From an uncultured Rhodoferax sp. (lineage in GTDB: Bacteria > Pseudomonadota > Gammaproteobacteria > Burkholderiales > Burkholderiaceae_C): 64,000 nucleotides of DNA. Positions 42,383 to 51,924 of this stretch are shown here, in pieces; the stretch's first letter is position 1, and the number at the start of each line of letters is the position of its first letter. The translations under genes were made by a program, and so were the position numbers. The stretch spans positions 1,886-65,885 of the forward strand of contig CAWUSQ010000001.1 of NCBI GenBank assembly GCA_963925275.1. The letters are read 5' to 3'. The notes below the pieces were generated by a model that searched no databases, was not told where the DNA came from, and was given only the letters and a program-made list of their open reading frames with translations.

Positions 42383-42404
42383 GCGCCGTTCGGGGCGCGT
42401 TTTT
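42383..42404 (+). terminator. weak hairpin + T-run after the dehydrogenase gene
   Basis: GCGCC-gttcgg-GGCGC followed by GTTTTT. The stem is only 5 bp. Confidence 0.3.
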
Positions 42405-42652
42405 CCCAGCTTGGCGCCAGCGACCGCTTGGCGTACGTTTTCACTTGCGCCAAGCCAAACCTGAGCCACACAAACGCCGGCGCACATCCGTTGTTTGTGT
42501 GCTGAGCCAGACCACCTTGGTGTGCGCCTGGTGGATTTAAGGTGTGTTTGCAAACCAGTTGGCATCCGAAGCGCTCAGACAGCGCGAATGCTGACACCAA
42601 CGATTGGCAGGCGACCCAGAAGAAGGCCTGCCGATGCTCTAGACTGTGATGT

Positions 42653-43738
42653 ATGAACCACACCGAATCCTACAGCGGCACGCGCGAAGTCAGCGCAGCC
42701 CAAAGCTTTGACGTTGAGGCCTTGACAAGGTGGTTGCATGCCAACCACAGTGGTTTTAAAGGTCCACTGCGGGTCGAATCATTCAAAGGTGGACAGTCCA
42801 ACCCGACCTACAAACTGCACACACCGAGCCAAACCTATGTGATGCGCAGCAAGCCCGCACCGATGGCCCATTTGCTGCCCTCAGCGCACGCCATTGAACG
42901 TGAGTTTGCAGTCATGCGTGGTCTGTCTGGAACAGGCGTTCCAGTACCCCAGATGTTGTGCCTTTGCGAGGATGAGTCCATCATAGGCCGCGCCTTCTAC
43001 ATCATGGAATTCATGGAGGGACGAATTTTTTGGGACCAAACACTGCCAGACCAGAGCCGGTCACAGCGCGGCGCTATCTACGACGACATGAACCGCGTCC
43101 AGGCTTTACTGCACATGGTCGACTACGCGGCCTGTGGCCTGAGCGGCTACGGCAAACCTGGTAATTATTTTGAGCGGCAAATCGGGCGTTGGAGCAAACA
43201 GTACAAAGCATCCATCACCCAGGAAATTTCAGAAATGGAACGCCTGGCGGACTGGCTGCCCACGCACATCCCCGACATGGCGCGTGAAGCGGCCATGGTC
43301 AGCATCGTGCACGGGGACTACCGCATGGACAACCTGGTGTTCCACCCCAGCGAGCCCCGCGTCATTGCCGTGCTCGACTGGGAACTGTCCACATTAGGCC
43401 ACCCGCTGGCCGACTTCAGCTACCACTGCATGGCCTGGCACATCAAACCAGGCGCTTTTCGTGGCATTGGCGGCGTCGACCTGGCCGCCTTAGGCATTCC
43501 GCCCGAGAGCGACTACATTGCCCGCTATTGCCAACGAACCCATTTGGCTAGCCCCGCGGATCTGGCCGCCGACTGGAATTTTTATCTGGCCTACAACCTG
43601 TTTCGCATGGCCGCGATTCTGCAAGGCATTGCCAAGCGCGTTGAAATCGGTACCGCGGCCAGTGCCCAAGCGGTGCAAGCGGCGGCTGGCGCGCGTCCCT
43701 TGGCCGAACTGGCCTGGCATTTCGCGCAAAAATCCTGA
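42653..43738 (+). CDS. APH-fold phosphotransferase family protein (kinase partner of the adjacent ACAD)
   Basis: 361 aa with protein-kinase-like catalytic loop HGDYRMDNLVF and DWELS. Confidence 0.8.
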   Translation: MNHTESYSGTREVSAAQSFDVEALTRWLHANHSGFKGPLRVESFKGGQSNPTYKLHTPSQTYVMRSKPAPMAHLLPSAHAIEREFAVMRGLSGTGVPVPQMLCLCEDESIIGRAFYIMEFMEGRIFWDQTLPDQSRSQRGAIYDDMNRVQALLHMVDYAACGLSGYGKPGNYFERQIGRWSKQYKASITQEISEMERLADWLPTHIPDMAREAAMVSIVHGDYRMDNLVFHPSEPRVIAVLDWELSTLGHPLADFSYHCMAWHIKPGAFRGIGGVDLAALGIPPESDYIARYCQRTHLASPADLAADWNFYLAYNLFRMAAILQGIAKRVEIGTAASAQAVQAAAGARPLAELAWHFAQKS

Positions 43739-43778
43739 ACCATTCAACCCATTTTCAAAACCCTTGTGAAAGATTCTT

Positions 43779-45026
43779 ATGGACTTTGATTTCTCACCAA
43801 AAACCAAAGCGTTGCAGACCCGGCTACTGGCTTTCATGGACGACCATATCTATCCGGCTGACGCAGCCTACTGGTCAGAGATTGCTGCCAACACCGCTCA
43901 GGGCAAACGATGGACACCACTGAAAACGATCGAAGACCTCAAACTCAAAGCCCAGGCACAAGGCTTATGGAATCTGTTTTTGCCAGTCGACAGTGCCCAA
44001 GCTGCAGGCTTTGAAGGCGCGGGCCTGAGCAACCAGGAATACGCCCCACTGGCAGAGATCATGGGCCGCGTCCTATGGGCCAGTGAAGTCTTCAACTGCT
44101 CGGCACCCGACACCGGCAACATGGAAACCATCGCCCGCTATGGGCGGCCCGAGCACAAGCAGCAATGGCTCAAGCCCTTATTGGAGGGCCGCATCCGATC
44201 GGCTTTTGTCATGACCGAGCCAGACGTGGCCTCCAGTGACGCCACCAATATCGAAACCCGCGTCGAGCGCGATGGTGACGACTATGTCATCAACGGTCGC
44301 AAGTGGTGGATCACTGGCGCAGGAGACCCCCGCTGCGCCATCCACATCCTGATGGGAAAGTCCAACCCAAACGCGGCGCGCCACGCGCAGCAGAGCATGA
44401 TTCTGGTGCCCTCAGACACCCAAGGGGTGAACATCGTGCGTCCGCTCAACGTCATGGGCTATGACGACGCGCCGCACGGGCACATGGAAATCACCTACGA
44501 GAACGTGCGCGTGCCCGCCAGCAACCTGCTGCTCGGCGAAGGACAGGGATTTGAGATCGCACAGGGTAGGCTCGGCCCCGGGCGTATTCACCACTGCATG
44601 CGCCTGATCGGCCAGGCCGAGCGGGCTTTGGAGCTGATGTGCAAGCGCGCCACCCAGCGTGTGGCCTTTGGCAAAACCGTCGCGGCGCAAACCGTGACCC
44701 AGGAACGCATTGCCGAGGCGCGTTGCAAGATCGACATGGCACGCCTGCTCACCCTTAAAGCGGCATGGATGATTGACATGGGCGGAGCCAAGTTCGCGCG
44801 CAATGAAATCGCCATGATCAAGATCGTCGCCCCCCGCATGGCCTGCGATGTCATCGACTGGGCAATTCAGGTCCATGGCGGTGGCGGCATGTGTGACGAC
44901 TTCCCGCTGGCCAATGCCTACGCCGGCGCGAGAACCCTGCGTTTTGCTGACGGCCCTGACGAAGTACACCGCAACGCCGTTGCAAAAGCAGAACTCAAAA
45001 AATATGCCCCAGCCTTGAACACGTGA
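43779..45026 (+). CDS. acyl-CoA dehydrogenase family protein, ACAD10/11-like
   Basis: 415 aa with the ACAD fold (TEP..ASSDA, WWITGAG) and C-terminal HGGGG...[10 protein letters not shown], which I associate with the ACAD10/11 / FadE-kinase-partner subfamily. Confidence 0.8.
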   Translation: MDFDFSPKTKALQTRLLAFMDDHIYPADAAYWSEIAANTAQGKRWTPLKTIEDLKLKAQAQGLWNLFLPVDSAQAAGFEGAGLSNQEYAPLAEIMGRVLWASEVFNCSAPDTGNMETIARYGRPEHKQQWLKPLLEGRIRSAFVMTEPDVASSDATNIETRVERDGDDYVINGRKWWITGAGDPRCAIHILMGKSNPNAARHAQQSMILVPSDTQGVNIVRPLNVMGYDDAPHGHMEITYENVRVPASNLLLGEGQGFEIAQGRLGPGRIHHCMRLIGQAERALELMCKRATQRVAFGKTVAAQTVTQERIAEARCKIDMARLLTLKAAWMIDMGGAKFARNEIAMIKIVAPRMACDVIDWAIQVHGGGGMCDDFPLANAYAGARTLRFADGPDEVHRNAVAKAELKKYAPALNT

Positions 45027-45091
45027 GCCCTGAAGCGACCCCCACGGATGAGGACTGCCTGCGCCCTCTGGACCAGCGCAGGATCGATGCA

Positions 45092-46441
45092 GTGCGCGCG
45101 CGCCAACGTTGGCACGCGCTGGCAATGGCAGGGGTGCTGGGCGGCCTCTTGCTCGTCGCCTGCGCCGCCCCGACCGCCCAGCCAGGCAAACCCAACTCGC
45201 CCGCAACAGTGCCGGTCTCAGCAGCCTGGTGGCAAGACTTCCATGACCCTTTGCTCGACCAACTGGTTCCTCAAGCCTTGCAGACCAATACCCGCATCCG
45301 CGCGGCGCAGGCAACACTGCAGCAAGCCAGGGCTGCACGGGATATCAGTCAGGCCGGGGCAACAGCCTCGCTGGGCCTGGGGGCCAGTGCGCGACTCAAT
45401 GAGCTCAAAGCCACCACTGGGCGCGACTTCACCGCCGGTGTTGACGCCAGGTGGGAAGCCGACCTGTTTGGCCGGAAAAGTCAGGGCATTGCCGCCGTCC
45501 AAGCCGAGGCCCAAGCTGCCGACGCTGACTTGCGCGACGTGCAGGTCAGCATCGCAGCGGAGGTCGTTCTGGCCTACCTGCAGCTGCGGGCAGCACAGCA
45601 GCAGGAAACCATTGCCCGCCAGAACCTCGCCAGCCAAGAAAACACGCTGCAGTTAACGCAGTGGCGGGCGCAGGCCGGTCTGGTCAGCAGTATCGAAGTA
45701 GATCAATCTCTGACAGGTGTGGCGCAAACCGCCGCTCAACTGCCCTTGCTGCAAGCCACTCAGCACAGCGCGAGTAACAGCTTGGCGGTGCTGCTTGGCC
45801 AACGTCCCGGCTCCCTCACCGCCAAACTGTTCAAACCAAGCCCATTGCCCCAAGTTCCGCAACCATTACCGGACGTGCTGGCGGCCGATGTCCTGCGTCA
45901 ACGCCCTGATGTACGTAGCGCGGAGTTGCGCATACAGGCAGCGCTGGCGCGTATGGGCGAGGCGCAAGCCGCACGCTACCCCAACTTCACCCTTTCAGGC
46001 TCTTTGAGTTTGAATGCGCTGAATTTGGCAGACCTGGTCAGCGGCAGCCTGGCGCGCAGCGTCCTGGGTGCATGGAGCCTTCCCATCTTTGACGGTGGCG
46101 CCAGTGAAGGCCGGGTTCGTGCGCAAGAAGCGACCCTGGAACGCGCGCGCGCCGATTACCAAGCGACGGTGCTGCGGGCTCTGCAGGAAGTCGACGATGC
46201 CCTCAGCACCTTGCGCCAAAACCAGTTGCGTCTGGTGCATCTGCAAACCGCTGCCTCAGCTGCACAGCGTGCTGCTGAGCTGGCTCAGCAGCGCTATGCC
46301 AGTGGCTTGATTGATTTTCAGACAGTGCTACTAACCCAGCGCAGTGTCTATGGTGCACAAGACAGCGCCGTCGCACAGCAAGCCACCCTCAGTGCTGATC
46401 GGGTCCGCCTGGTGAAGGCATTGGGTGGCTGGCCTGGATAA
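45092..46441 (+). CDS. efflux outer-membrane lipoprotein, NodT/OprM family
   Basis: Lipobox LLLVAC plus two repeated TolC-like halves. GTG at 45092 (AGGA 8 nt upstream) gives MRARQRWHALAMAGVLGGLLLVAC. The alternative GTG at 45023 overlaps the ACAD stop. Confidence 0.85.
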   Translation: MRARQRWHALAMAGVLGGLLLVACAAPTAQPGKPNSPATVPVSAAWWQDFHDPLLDQLVPQALQTNTRIRAAQATLQQARAARDISQAGATASLGLGASARLNELKATTGRDFTAGVDARWEADLFGRKSQGIAAVQAEAQAADADLRDVQVSIAAEVVLAYLQLRAAQQQETIARQNLASQENTLQLTQWRAQAGLVSSIEVDQSLTGVAQTAAQLPLLQATQHSASNSLAVLLGQRPGSLTAKLFKPSPLPQVPQPLPDVLAADVLRQRPDVRSAELRIQAALARMGEAQAARYPNFTLSGSLSLNALNLADLVSGSLARSVLGAWSLPIFDGGASEGRVRAQEATLERARADYQATVLRALQEVDDALSTLRQNQLRLVHLQTAASAAQRAAELAQQRYASGLIDFQTVLLTQRSVYGAQDSAVAQQATLSADRVRLVKALGGWPG

Positions 46442-46461
46442 GACCCTTTGGAGACCTTCTC

Positions 46462-47853
46462 ATGAACAGCAAGCACGCCGACCCAAGTCCACTCAACGCG
46501 CTCGACAAGACCATGGCGATTGATTCGCAAAAGCCGACCGAGCCGACCGAGCCGACAGCGTCCAACGCAGCGACCGATGTCCAACGACTGATAGCACAAC
46601 CGGTGCATTCAGTCTGGTGGCGTCGAACCTGGGTCTGGCTAAGCTTGTTGATGCTCAGCGCCTGCCTAGTGGCCTTTGGTTTTTGGCAAGCCCAACAAGC
46701 TAGTGCCAATAAACCCATCTACCTGACAGAGACTGTGGGGCGCACTGACCTCACGCTCACGGTGGTGGCCAACGGCACCTTGCAGCCCACTCGCACAGTG
46801 AACATTGGCAGCGAGCTCTCAGGCACAGTGCGACGAGTGCTCGTGGATGTGAACGACAGCGTCAAGCGTGGACAAATTCTGGTCGAACTCGACACCGCAA
46901 AATTGCGCGATCAGGTCACGCGCTCAAAGGCCGCGGTGGCCACTGCGCAAGCGCAGTTGCTGCAAAGTCAAGCCACGGTCACCGAGGCCTCTAGCGCCTA
47001 CGAACGCCTGCAAGCGGTGTCGCGCCTGTCTGCTGGGAAGGTGCCCGCCAAGGCCGAATTGGACGCAGCACTGGCCACCCAGCAGCGCGCACTGGCTGCC
47101 AATGCCGCAGCCAGCGCCAACCTCATGTCTGCGACTGCATCCTTGGCTACCGATGAGACCAACCTGTCTAAAGCGTCTATCCGTTCACCTATTGATGGCG
47201 TGGTACTCACACGCACGGTGGATCCAGGCAATGCCGTGGCGGCTTCATTGCAAGCGGTGACGCTGTTCACGGTTGCCGAGGACTTGCGCGAACTGCTGCT
47301 TCAAGTCAATGTGGACGAGGCTGATGTGGGGCGCGTCGCCGCTGGCCAAAAAGCCAGCTTCACCGTCAGCGCCTTTGCCGCCCGGCGTTACCCGGCCAAC
47401 GTCACCCGCGTGGCCTTTGGCTCCACCATCAACGACAACGTGGTCACCTATCTGACGCAGCTCGAGGTGCATAACACCGACTTGAGCCTGCGCCCCGGCA
47501 TGTCTGCCACCAGCACCATCGTGGCCACTGAGCGTCAGCAGGTGCTGACTGTGCCCAACAAGGCACTGCGTTTCAAACCGCGCATCGGCAACGAGACCAC
47601 TGCCAAGGGCGCCAGCACCATCATGTCGGCGATCATCCCGCGCTTTTCCAGGGGCGGCGCGCCCAAAACCGCCAGCGGCGGGCGTCCCGGCAAGCAAGTT
47701 TGGGTGCTGGACAAGGGAGAGCCTGTTGCCGTTGCCATCAAAGCCGGCATCAGCGATGGACGCATGACTGAGATCGTCGACGGTGATCTGAGACAAGGCA
47801 TGGCCGTGATCACTGAACAACGCAGCCAAAGTGGCGATTCCGGCAAGCCCTGA
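46462..47853 (+). CDS. efflux periplasmic adaptor (HlyD/MacA-type membrane fusion protein)
   Basis: 463 aa with an N-terminal TM helix, a coiled-coil hairpin and lipoyl/beta-barrel motifs (IRSPIDGVV). Confidence 0.88.
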   Translation: MNSKHADPSPLNALDKTMAIDSQKPTEPTEPTASNAATDVQRLIAQPVHSVWWRRTWVWLSLLMLSACLVAFGFWQAQQASANKPIYLTETVGRTDLTLTVVANGTLQPTRTVNIGSELSGTVRRVLVDVNDSVKRGQILVELDTAKLRDQVTRSKAAVATAQAQLLQSQATVTEASSAYERLQAVSRLSAGKVPAKAELDAALATQQRALAANAAASANLMSATASLATDETNLSKASIRSPIDGVVLTRTVDPGNAVAASLQAVTLFTVAEDLRELLLQVNVDEADVGRVAAGQKASFTVSAFAARRYPANVTRVAFGSTINDNVVTYLTQLEVHNTDLSLRPGMSATSTIVATERQQVLTVPNKALRFKPRIGNETTAKGASTIMSAIIPRFSRGGAPKTASGGRPGKQVWVLDKGEPVAVAIKAGISDGRMTEIVDGDLRQGMAVITEQRSQSGDSGKP

Positions 47854-47857
47854 CAGC

Positions 47858-48580
47858 ATGCGCTCTACACCCCTGATTGAGTTGCAGGCCGTGACCAAGG
47901 TTTACGGCAAAGGCGCCACGGCTTTGATAGCGCTGCGCGGCGTAGACCTGCGCATCGATGCTGGAGAATTTCTTGCCATCATGGGGCCGAGCGGATCGGG
48001 CAAATCCACAGCCATGAACGTATTGGGCTGCTTGGACACCCCGAGCAGTGGCCACTACCTGTTCAAAGGTGTGCAGGTGCAAGCCCTGTCACGGGACCAG
48101 CGTGCACGCTTGCGTCGGCGCTATTTGGGTTTTGTGTTTCAAGGCTTTAATTTGCTAGCCCGCACCACGGCGCTAGAAAATGTCGAACTGCCTTTGTTAT
48201 ACCGGGGCGAGTCATCCAAACAGCGCCACGCGGCAGCGCGTGCGGCGCTTGATGCCGTAGGACTGACAGGCTGGGAAAACCACACACCGGCAGAGCTCTC
48301 GGGCGGCCAGCAACAACGCGTGGCCATTGCGCGCGCCATCGTCACCAAGCCTGACGTCTTACTGGCCGACGAGCCCACCGGCAACCTCGATAGCCACCGC
48401 AGCCATGAAATCATGGCACTACTTTGTGGGCTCAATGAACGCCAAGGCATCACCGTTTTGATGGTCACCCATGAGGCTGATATGGCGGCTTATGCGCAGC
48501 GCACTGTTCGCTTTATCGATGGCGAAATCGCTGCCATCGAGCGCAGCACAGCGCGCGTTTGGACACCGCAGGCCGTCTGA
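47858..48580 (+). CDS. ABC transporter ATP-binding protein (MacB/LolD-type NBD)
   Basis: Walker A GPSGSGKST, signature LSGGQQQRVAIARA and Walker B LLADEPT. Start trimmed to the ATG at 47858. Confidence 0.92.
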   Translation: MRSTPLIELQAVTKVYGKGATALIALRGVDLRIDAGEFLAIMGPSGSGKSTAMNVLGCLDTPSSGHYLFKGVQVQALSRDQRARLRRRYLGFVFQGFNLLARTTALENVELPLLYRGESSKQRHAAARAALDAVGLTGWENHTPAELSGGQQQRVAIARAIVTKPDVLLADEPTGNLDSHRSHEIMALLCGLNERQGITVLMVTHEADMAAYAQRTVRFIDGEIAAIERSTARVWTPQAV

Positions 48581-49785
48581 TGTTTCTAAGCACACTGTTA
48601 CTGGCTTTGCGCTCCATCCGGCGTAACTTGTTGCGCTCGTTTCTGACCATCTTGGGTATCGTGATTGGGGTGAGCGCGGTCATCACCATGGTGACCGTGG
48701 GCAACGGCGCCACACTGGCCATTCAGACCCAGATTTCTGGCCTGGGAACCAACCTGCTGCAACTGCGCCCGGGCCAGCGTTTGAGCTACTGGAGCAGTGG
48801 GGGCACACCTTGGTTCAAAGAGGGCGACGCTGCTGCCATCAGCGTGCAGGTCGGTGGTGTTTTGGCGGCAGCACCAGAGGCGCGCAGCAGTGGCACCGTG
48901 GTGGTAGACAGTCGCAATTGGAGCAGCAGCCTGCTTGGCAGCAGCCGTGACTGGCTGGTCACTGGCAACTGGAAACTCACCGATGGCCGTATGTTTACCC
49001 CCGAAGAAGAACTGGCAGGCGCAGCGGTGTGCCTGATCGGGGAGACCTTGCGACGGGTGTTGTTTGTCGACCAAGAGCCTGTTGGTGCGCCGATGCGGGT
49101 GCGCGATATCCATTGCGAGGTCATTGGCGTGTTGGGTGCCAAAGGTCAAGGGGCTTTTGGCAACGACCAGGATGATTTGGTTTTGATGCCCCTGCGCACC
49201 TTGCAACGTCGAATCACCGGCTCCAAAAGGGTCAACACGCTGCTGGTATCCATGGTGGACGATGCCAACCCTGAACAGGTCAAAGCTGGACTTAAAGATC
49301 TGATGCGCGAGCGACGCAAACTCGCGTCCAGCGATGAGGACAACTTCAACATCCTGGACACCAAACAGTTGGGGGACACGCTGTCTGGAACCACCAAAAT
49401 CATGACCGCTTTGCTGGGTGCCGTGGCCGCAGTGAGCCTACTGGTAGGGGGCATCGGCATCATGAACATCATGCTGGTCAGCGTCACTGAGCGTACCCGT
49501 GAAATCGGCCTGCGCTTGGCCATTGGCGCCTTGGAGCGCGAGGTGTTGATGCAGTTTCTGATCGAAGCGGTCGTACTGGCCTCGATTGGCGGCCTCTTGG
49601 GTATCGGCTTGGCTGTGGGCGCCTCACTGGGGCTAGCCCGCTTGATGGATGTGCCCTTTGTCTTCAACCTCGGTGTGAACGTGGTGGCTTTTGTGTTTTC
49701 AGCCAGTATCGGGGTGCTGTTTGGCTATTTCCCCGCCCGCCGGGCCGCCCAGCTTGATCCTATCGAAGCCTTGCGGCACGAGTAA
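48580..49785 (+). CDS. ABC transporter permease, FtsX/MacB-type
   Basis: 402 aa with a MacB_PCD-like periplasmic domain between TM1 and TM2 and a C-terminal FtsX domain (GIMNIMLVSVTERTREIG). Its ATG overlaps the NBD stop (TGATG). Confidence 0.9.
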   Translation: MFLSTLLLALRSIRRNLLRSFLTILGIVIGVSAVITMVTVGNGATLAIQTQISGLGTNLLQLRPGQRLSYWSSGGTPWFKEGDAAAISVQVGGVLAAAPEARSSGTVVVDSRNWSSSLLGSSRDWLVTGNWKLTDGRMFTPEEELAGAAVCLIGETLRRVLFVDQEPVGAPMRVRDIHCEVIGVLGAKGQGAFGNDQDDLVLMPLRTLQRRITGSKRVNTLLVSMVDDANPEQVKAGLKDLMRERRKLASSDEDNFNILDTKQLGDTLSGTTKIMTALLGAVAAVSLLVGGIGIMNIMLVSVTERTREIGLRLAIGALEREVLMQFLIEAVVLASIGGLLGIGLAVGASLGLARLMDVPFVFNLGVNVVAFVFSASIGVLFGYFPARRAAQLDPIEALRHE

Positions 49786-49813
49786 AACCAACCCAGAGAC
49801 AAAAGCATGCGCC

Positions 49814-50404
49814 CTACTGGCCAAGCCACTGCGCGACAGCCCTTGGGTAAATCACATGCTCTTGCGTTAGCACCCGCGCGGCCAATGTCTGGGCGCTGTC
49901 GGTGGGTAAAACGGGAACCACCGCCTGCGCCAAGATCGGACCATGGTCGAGTTCAGCGGTCACTTGGTGCACGGTCGCACCTGCAAACTTACAGCCTGCA
50001 TCAATGGCCCGCTGGTGCGTGTGCAGGCCAGCAAATGCCGGCAACAGCGAGGGGTGAATATTGAGCAAACGCCCTGCATAACGCTGGACAAAGCCCGAAG
50101 TGAGGATGCGCATGAAACCGGCCAACAGCACCAAAGCTGGCTGCCCTGGGACGTCAAAGTGGTCGATGGCACTGGCCAAGGCTGCATCAAATGCCTCGCG
50201 GTTGGCATACAACTTGTGATCAATGACCTGGCTCGCAAGGCCTTGATCGCGCGCGAAGTGCAAACCTTTGGCATCAGCCGTGTTGCTGATGACGCAGGCC
50301 ACGCGTGCGTCCAAGCGTACAGCCCAATTATCAGACTGAGCGGCTTTCACAATGGCAGCCATGTTGGAGCCGCCACCCGATATCAAAATAACGATGTTTC
50401 TCAT
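49814..50404 (-). CDS. purN: phosphoribosylglycinamide formyltransferase
   Basis: MRNIVILISGGGSNM and NIHPSLLP. Trimmed from the 346-aa ORF to the ATG at 50404 (196 aa). Confidence 0.92.
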   Translation of the reverse strand: MRNIVILISGGGSNMAAIVKAAQSDNWAVRLDARVACVISNTADAKGLHFARDQGLASQVIDHKLYANREAFDAALASAIDHFDVPGQPALVLLAGFMRILTSGFVQRYAGRLLNIHPSLLPAFAGLHTHQRAIDAGCKFAGATVHQVTAELDHGPILAQAVVPVLPTDSAQTLAARVLTQEHVIYPRAVAQWLGQ

Positions 50405-50696
50405 ACGAGGCGAATTATGACTTTCAAAGCAGCAGCAACCTTTGGCCAGCCTGCACCCCTGCTCACCCAGAATCCACTGGGGGCGAGGGGGCGTCAAGCG
50501 ATAGGCCCGCAGCAAGCCGCCTTGTAGCCGGCGAGTTCTGACGCAATCGCGCCGCCAGGCACAACGCATGCCAAGACAGAAAAGGCATTTGGCTCGCACG
50601 CAGCGCTTGTGCTGCGGGGGCGGTGGGCAAAACGGCACAATAGCGATGAACAGCGTGCCCAGCGCATCTGCGCCAGGCACACCCGGAGAACTTTTT

Positions 50697-51917
50697 ATGC
50701 ATTTGGCATTTACCGAAGACGAGCTGCAGTTTCGCGCTGACATCCGCGCGTGGGTGCGCGCCAACCTGCCCGCTGACATTGCGTACAAAGTACACCATGG
50801 GCTGCGTTTAACCCGTGACGACCAGCAAGCCTGGGCCAAAATTCTGGGCAGCAAAGGCTGGCTTGGTCATGCCTGGCCCAAGGCTTTTGGTGGTCCGGGC
50901 TGGAACGCGGTGCAAAAACATTTGTTTGAAGAGGAATGCGCGCTGTCTGGCGCGCCCCGCGTGGTGCCCTTTGGGCCGGTCATGGTGGCACCGGTCATCA
51001 TGGCATTTGGCACTCCTGAACAACAAAGGCGCTTTTTGCCAGGCATTGCCAGTGGCGAGGTCTGGTGGAGTCAAGGCTACAGCGAACCCAACGCAGGCTC
51101 TGATTTGGCGAGTCTGACATGTCGCGCCGACAACCAGGGCGACCACTACCTGGTCAACGGACAAAAAACTTGGACCACCTTGGCCCAATATGGCGACTGG
51201 ATGTTTTGCCTGGTACGCACCAACTGGCAGGGCAAGCCGCAAACCGGCATCAGTTTTTTGCTGATCGACATGAAATCGGCCGGCGTTGAAGTGCGCCCCA
51301 TCGTTTTGCTAGACGGTCAGCCCGAAGTCAATGAGGTCTTTTTTGACAACGTGAAAGTCCCTATCGACAACCTGATTGGGGAAGAAAACAAAGGATGGAC
51401 TTACGCCAAACACCTGCTGGCCCATGAACGCAGCAACATCGCTGACGTGAACCGTGCCAAGCGCGAACTCGAACGCCTCAAGCGCATTGCCAAACAAGAA
51501 GGTGTTTGGGATCCCGTCACTGGCGGCGCCACCGCTGCGCGCTTCCGTGACGAAATAGCCCGTCTCGAAGTCGATGTGATCGCTTTGGAGATGCTGGTGC
51601 TGCGCGTGCTGTCGTCTGAAAAATCTGGCAAAAGCACTCTGGACATCGCTGGCCTTTTGAAAATTCGTGGCAGCGAGATCCAACAACGCTATACCGAGCT
51701 GATGATGCTGGCCGCCGGCCCCTACGCCTTGCCGATGATTCCTGAAGCGATGGATGCAGGTTGGCAAGCAGACCGTGTTGGTCTCATTGAGTTTCCGGGT
51801 GGCGACCTTTGGTGCGCGCCGCTAGCGGCCAACTACTTCAACTACCGAAAAACCACGATTTACGGTGGCAGCAACGAGGTTCAACGCAACATCGTGGCAC
51901 AAACCGTCTTAGGTTAA
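50697..51917 (+). CDS. acyl-CoA dehydrogenase family protein
   Basis: 406 aa with the ACAD fold and C-terminal IYGGSNEVQRNIVA. Start trimmed to MHLAFTEDE at 50697. Confidence 0.85.
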   Translation: MHLAFTEDELQFRADIRAWVRANLPADIAYKVHHGLRLTRDDQQAWAKILGSKGWLGHAWPKAFGGPGWNAVQKHLFEEECALSGAPRVVPFGPVMVAPVIMAFGTPEQQRRFLPGIASGEVWWSQGYSEPNAGSDLASLTCRADNQGDHYLVNGQKTWTTLAQYGDWMFCLVRTNWQGKPQTGISFLLIDMKSAGVEVRPIVLLDGQPEVNEVFFDNVKVPIDNLIGEENKGWTYAKHLLAHERSNIADVNRAKRELERLKRIAKQEGVWDPVTGGATAARFRDEIARLEVDVIALEMLVLRVLSSEKSGKSTLDIAGLLKIRGSEIQQRYTELMMLAAGPYALPMIPEAMDAGWQADRVGLIEFPGGDLWCAPLAANYFNYRKTTIYGGSNEVQRNIVAQTVLG

Positions 51918-51924
51918 GAACCCT

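Noticed and set aside
42046-42663. 205-aa minus-strand ORF spanning the dehydrogenase 3' end and the spacer
   Set aside because: It overlaps a well-supported gene in antisense, has no motifs, and its remainder lies in hairpin-rich non-coding sequence.
46534-46560. Tandem CCGACCGAG repeat
   Set aside because: There are only about 2.5 copies, and they lie inside the adaptor-protein coding region (PTEPTEPT). It is not a CRISPR or VNTR-scale array.
50405-50854. N-terminal 150-aa extension of the PurN ORF
   Set aside because: Canonical PurN begins at MRNIVILISGGGSN (ATG at 50404). The extension is Cys/Arg-rich and overlaps the divergent ACAD leader region.
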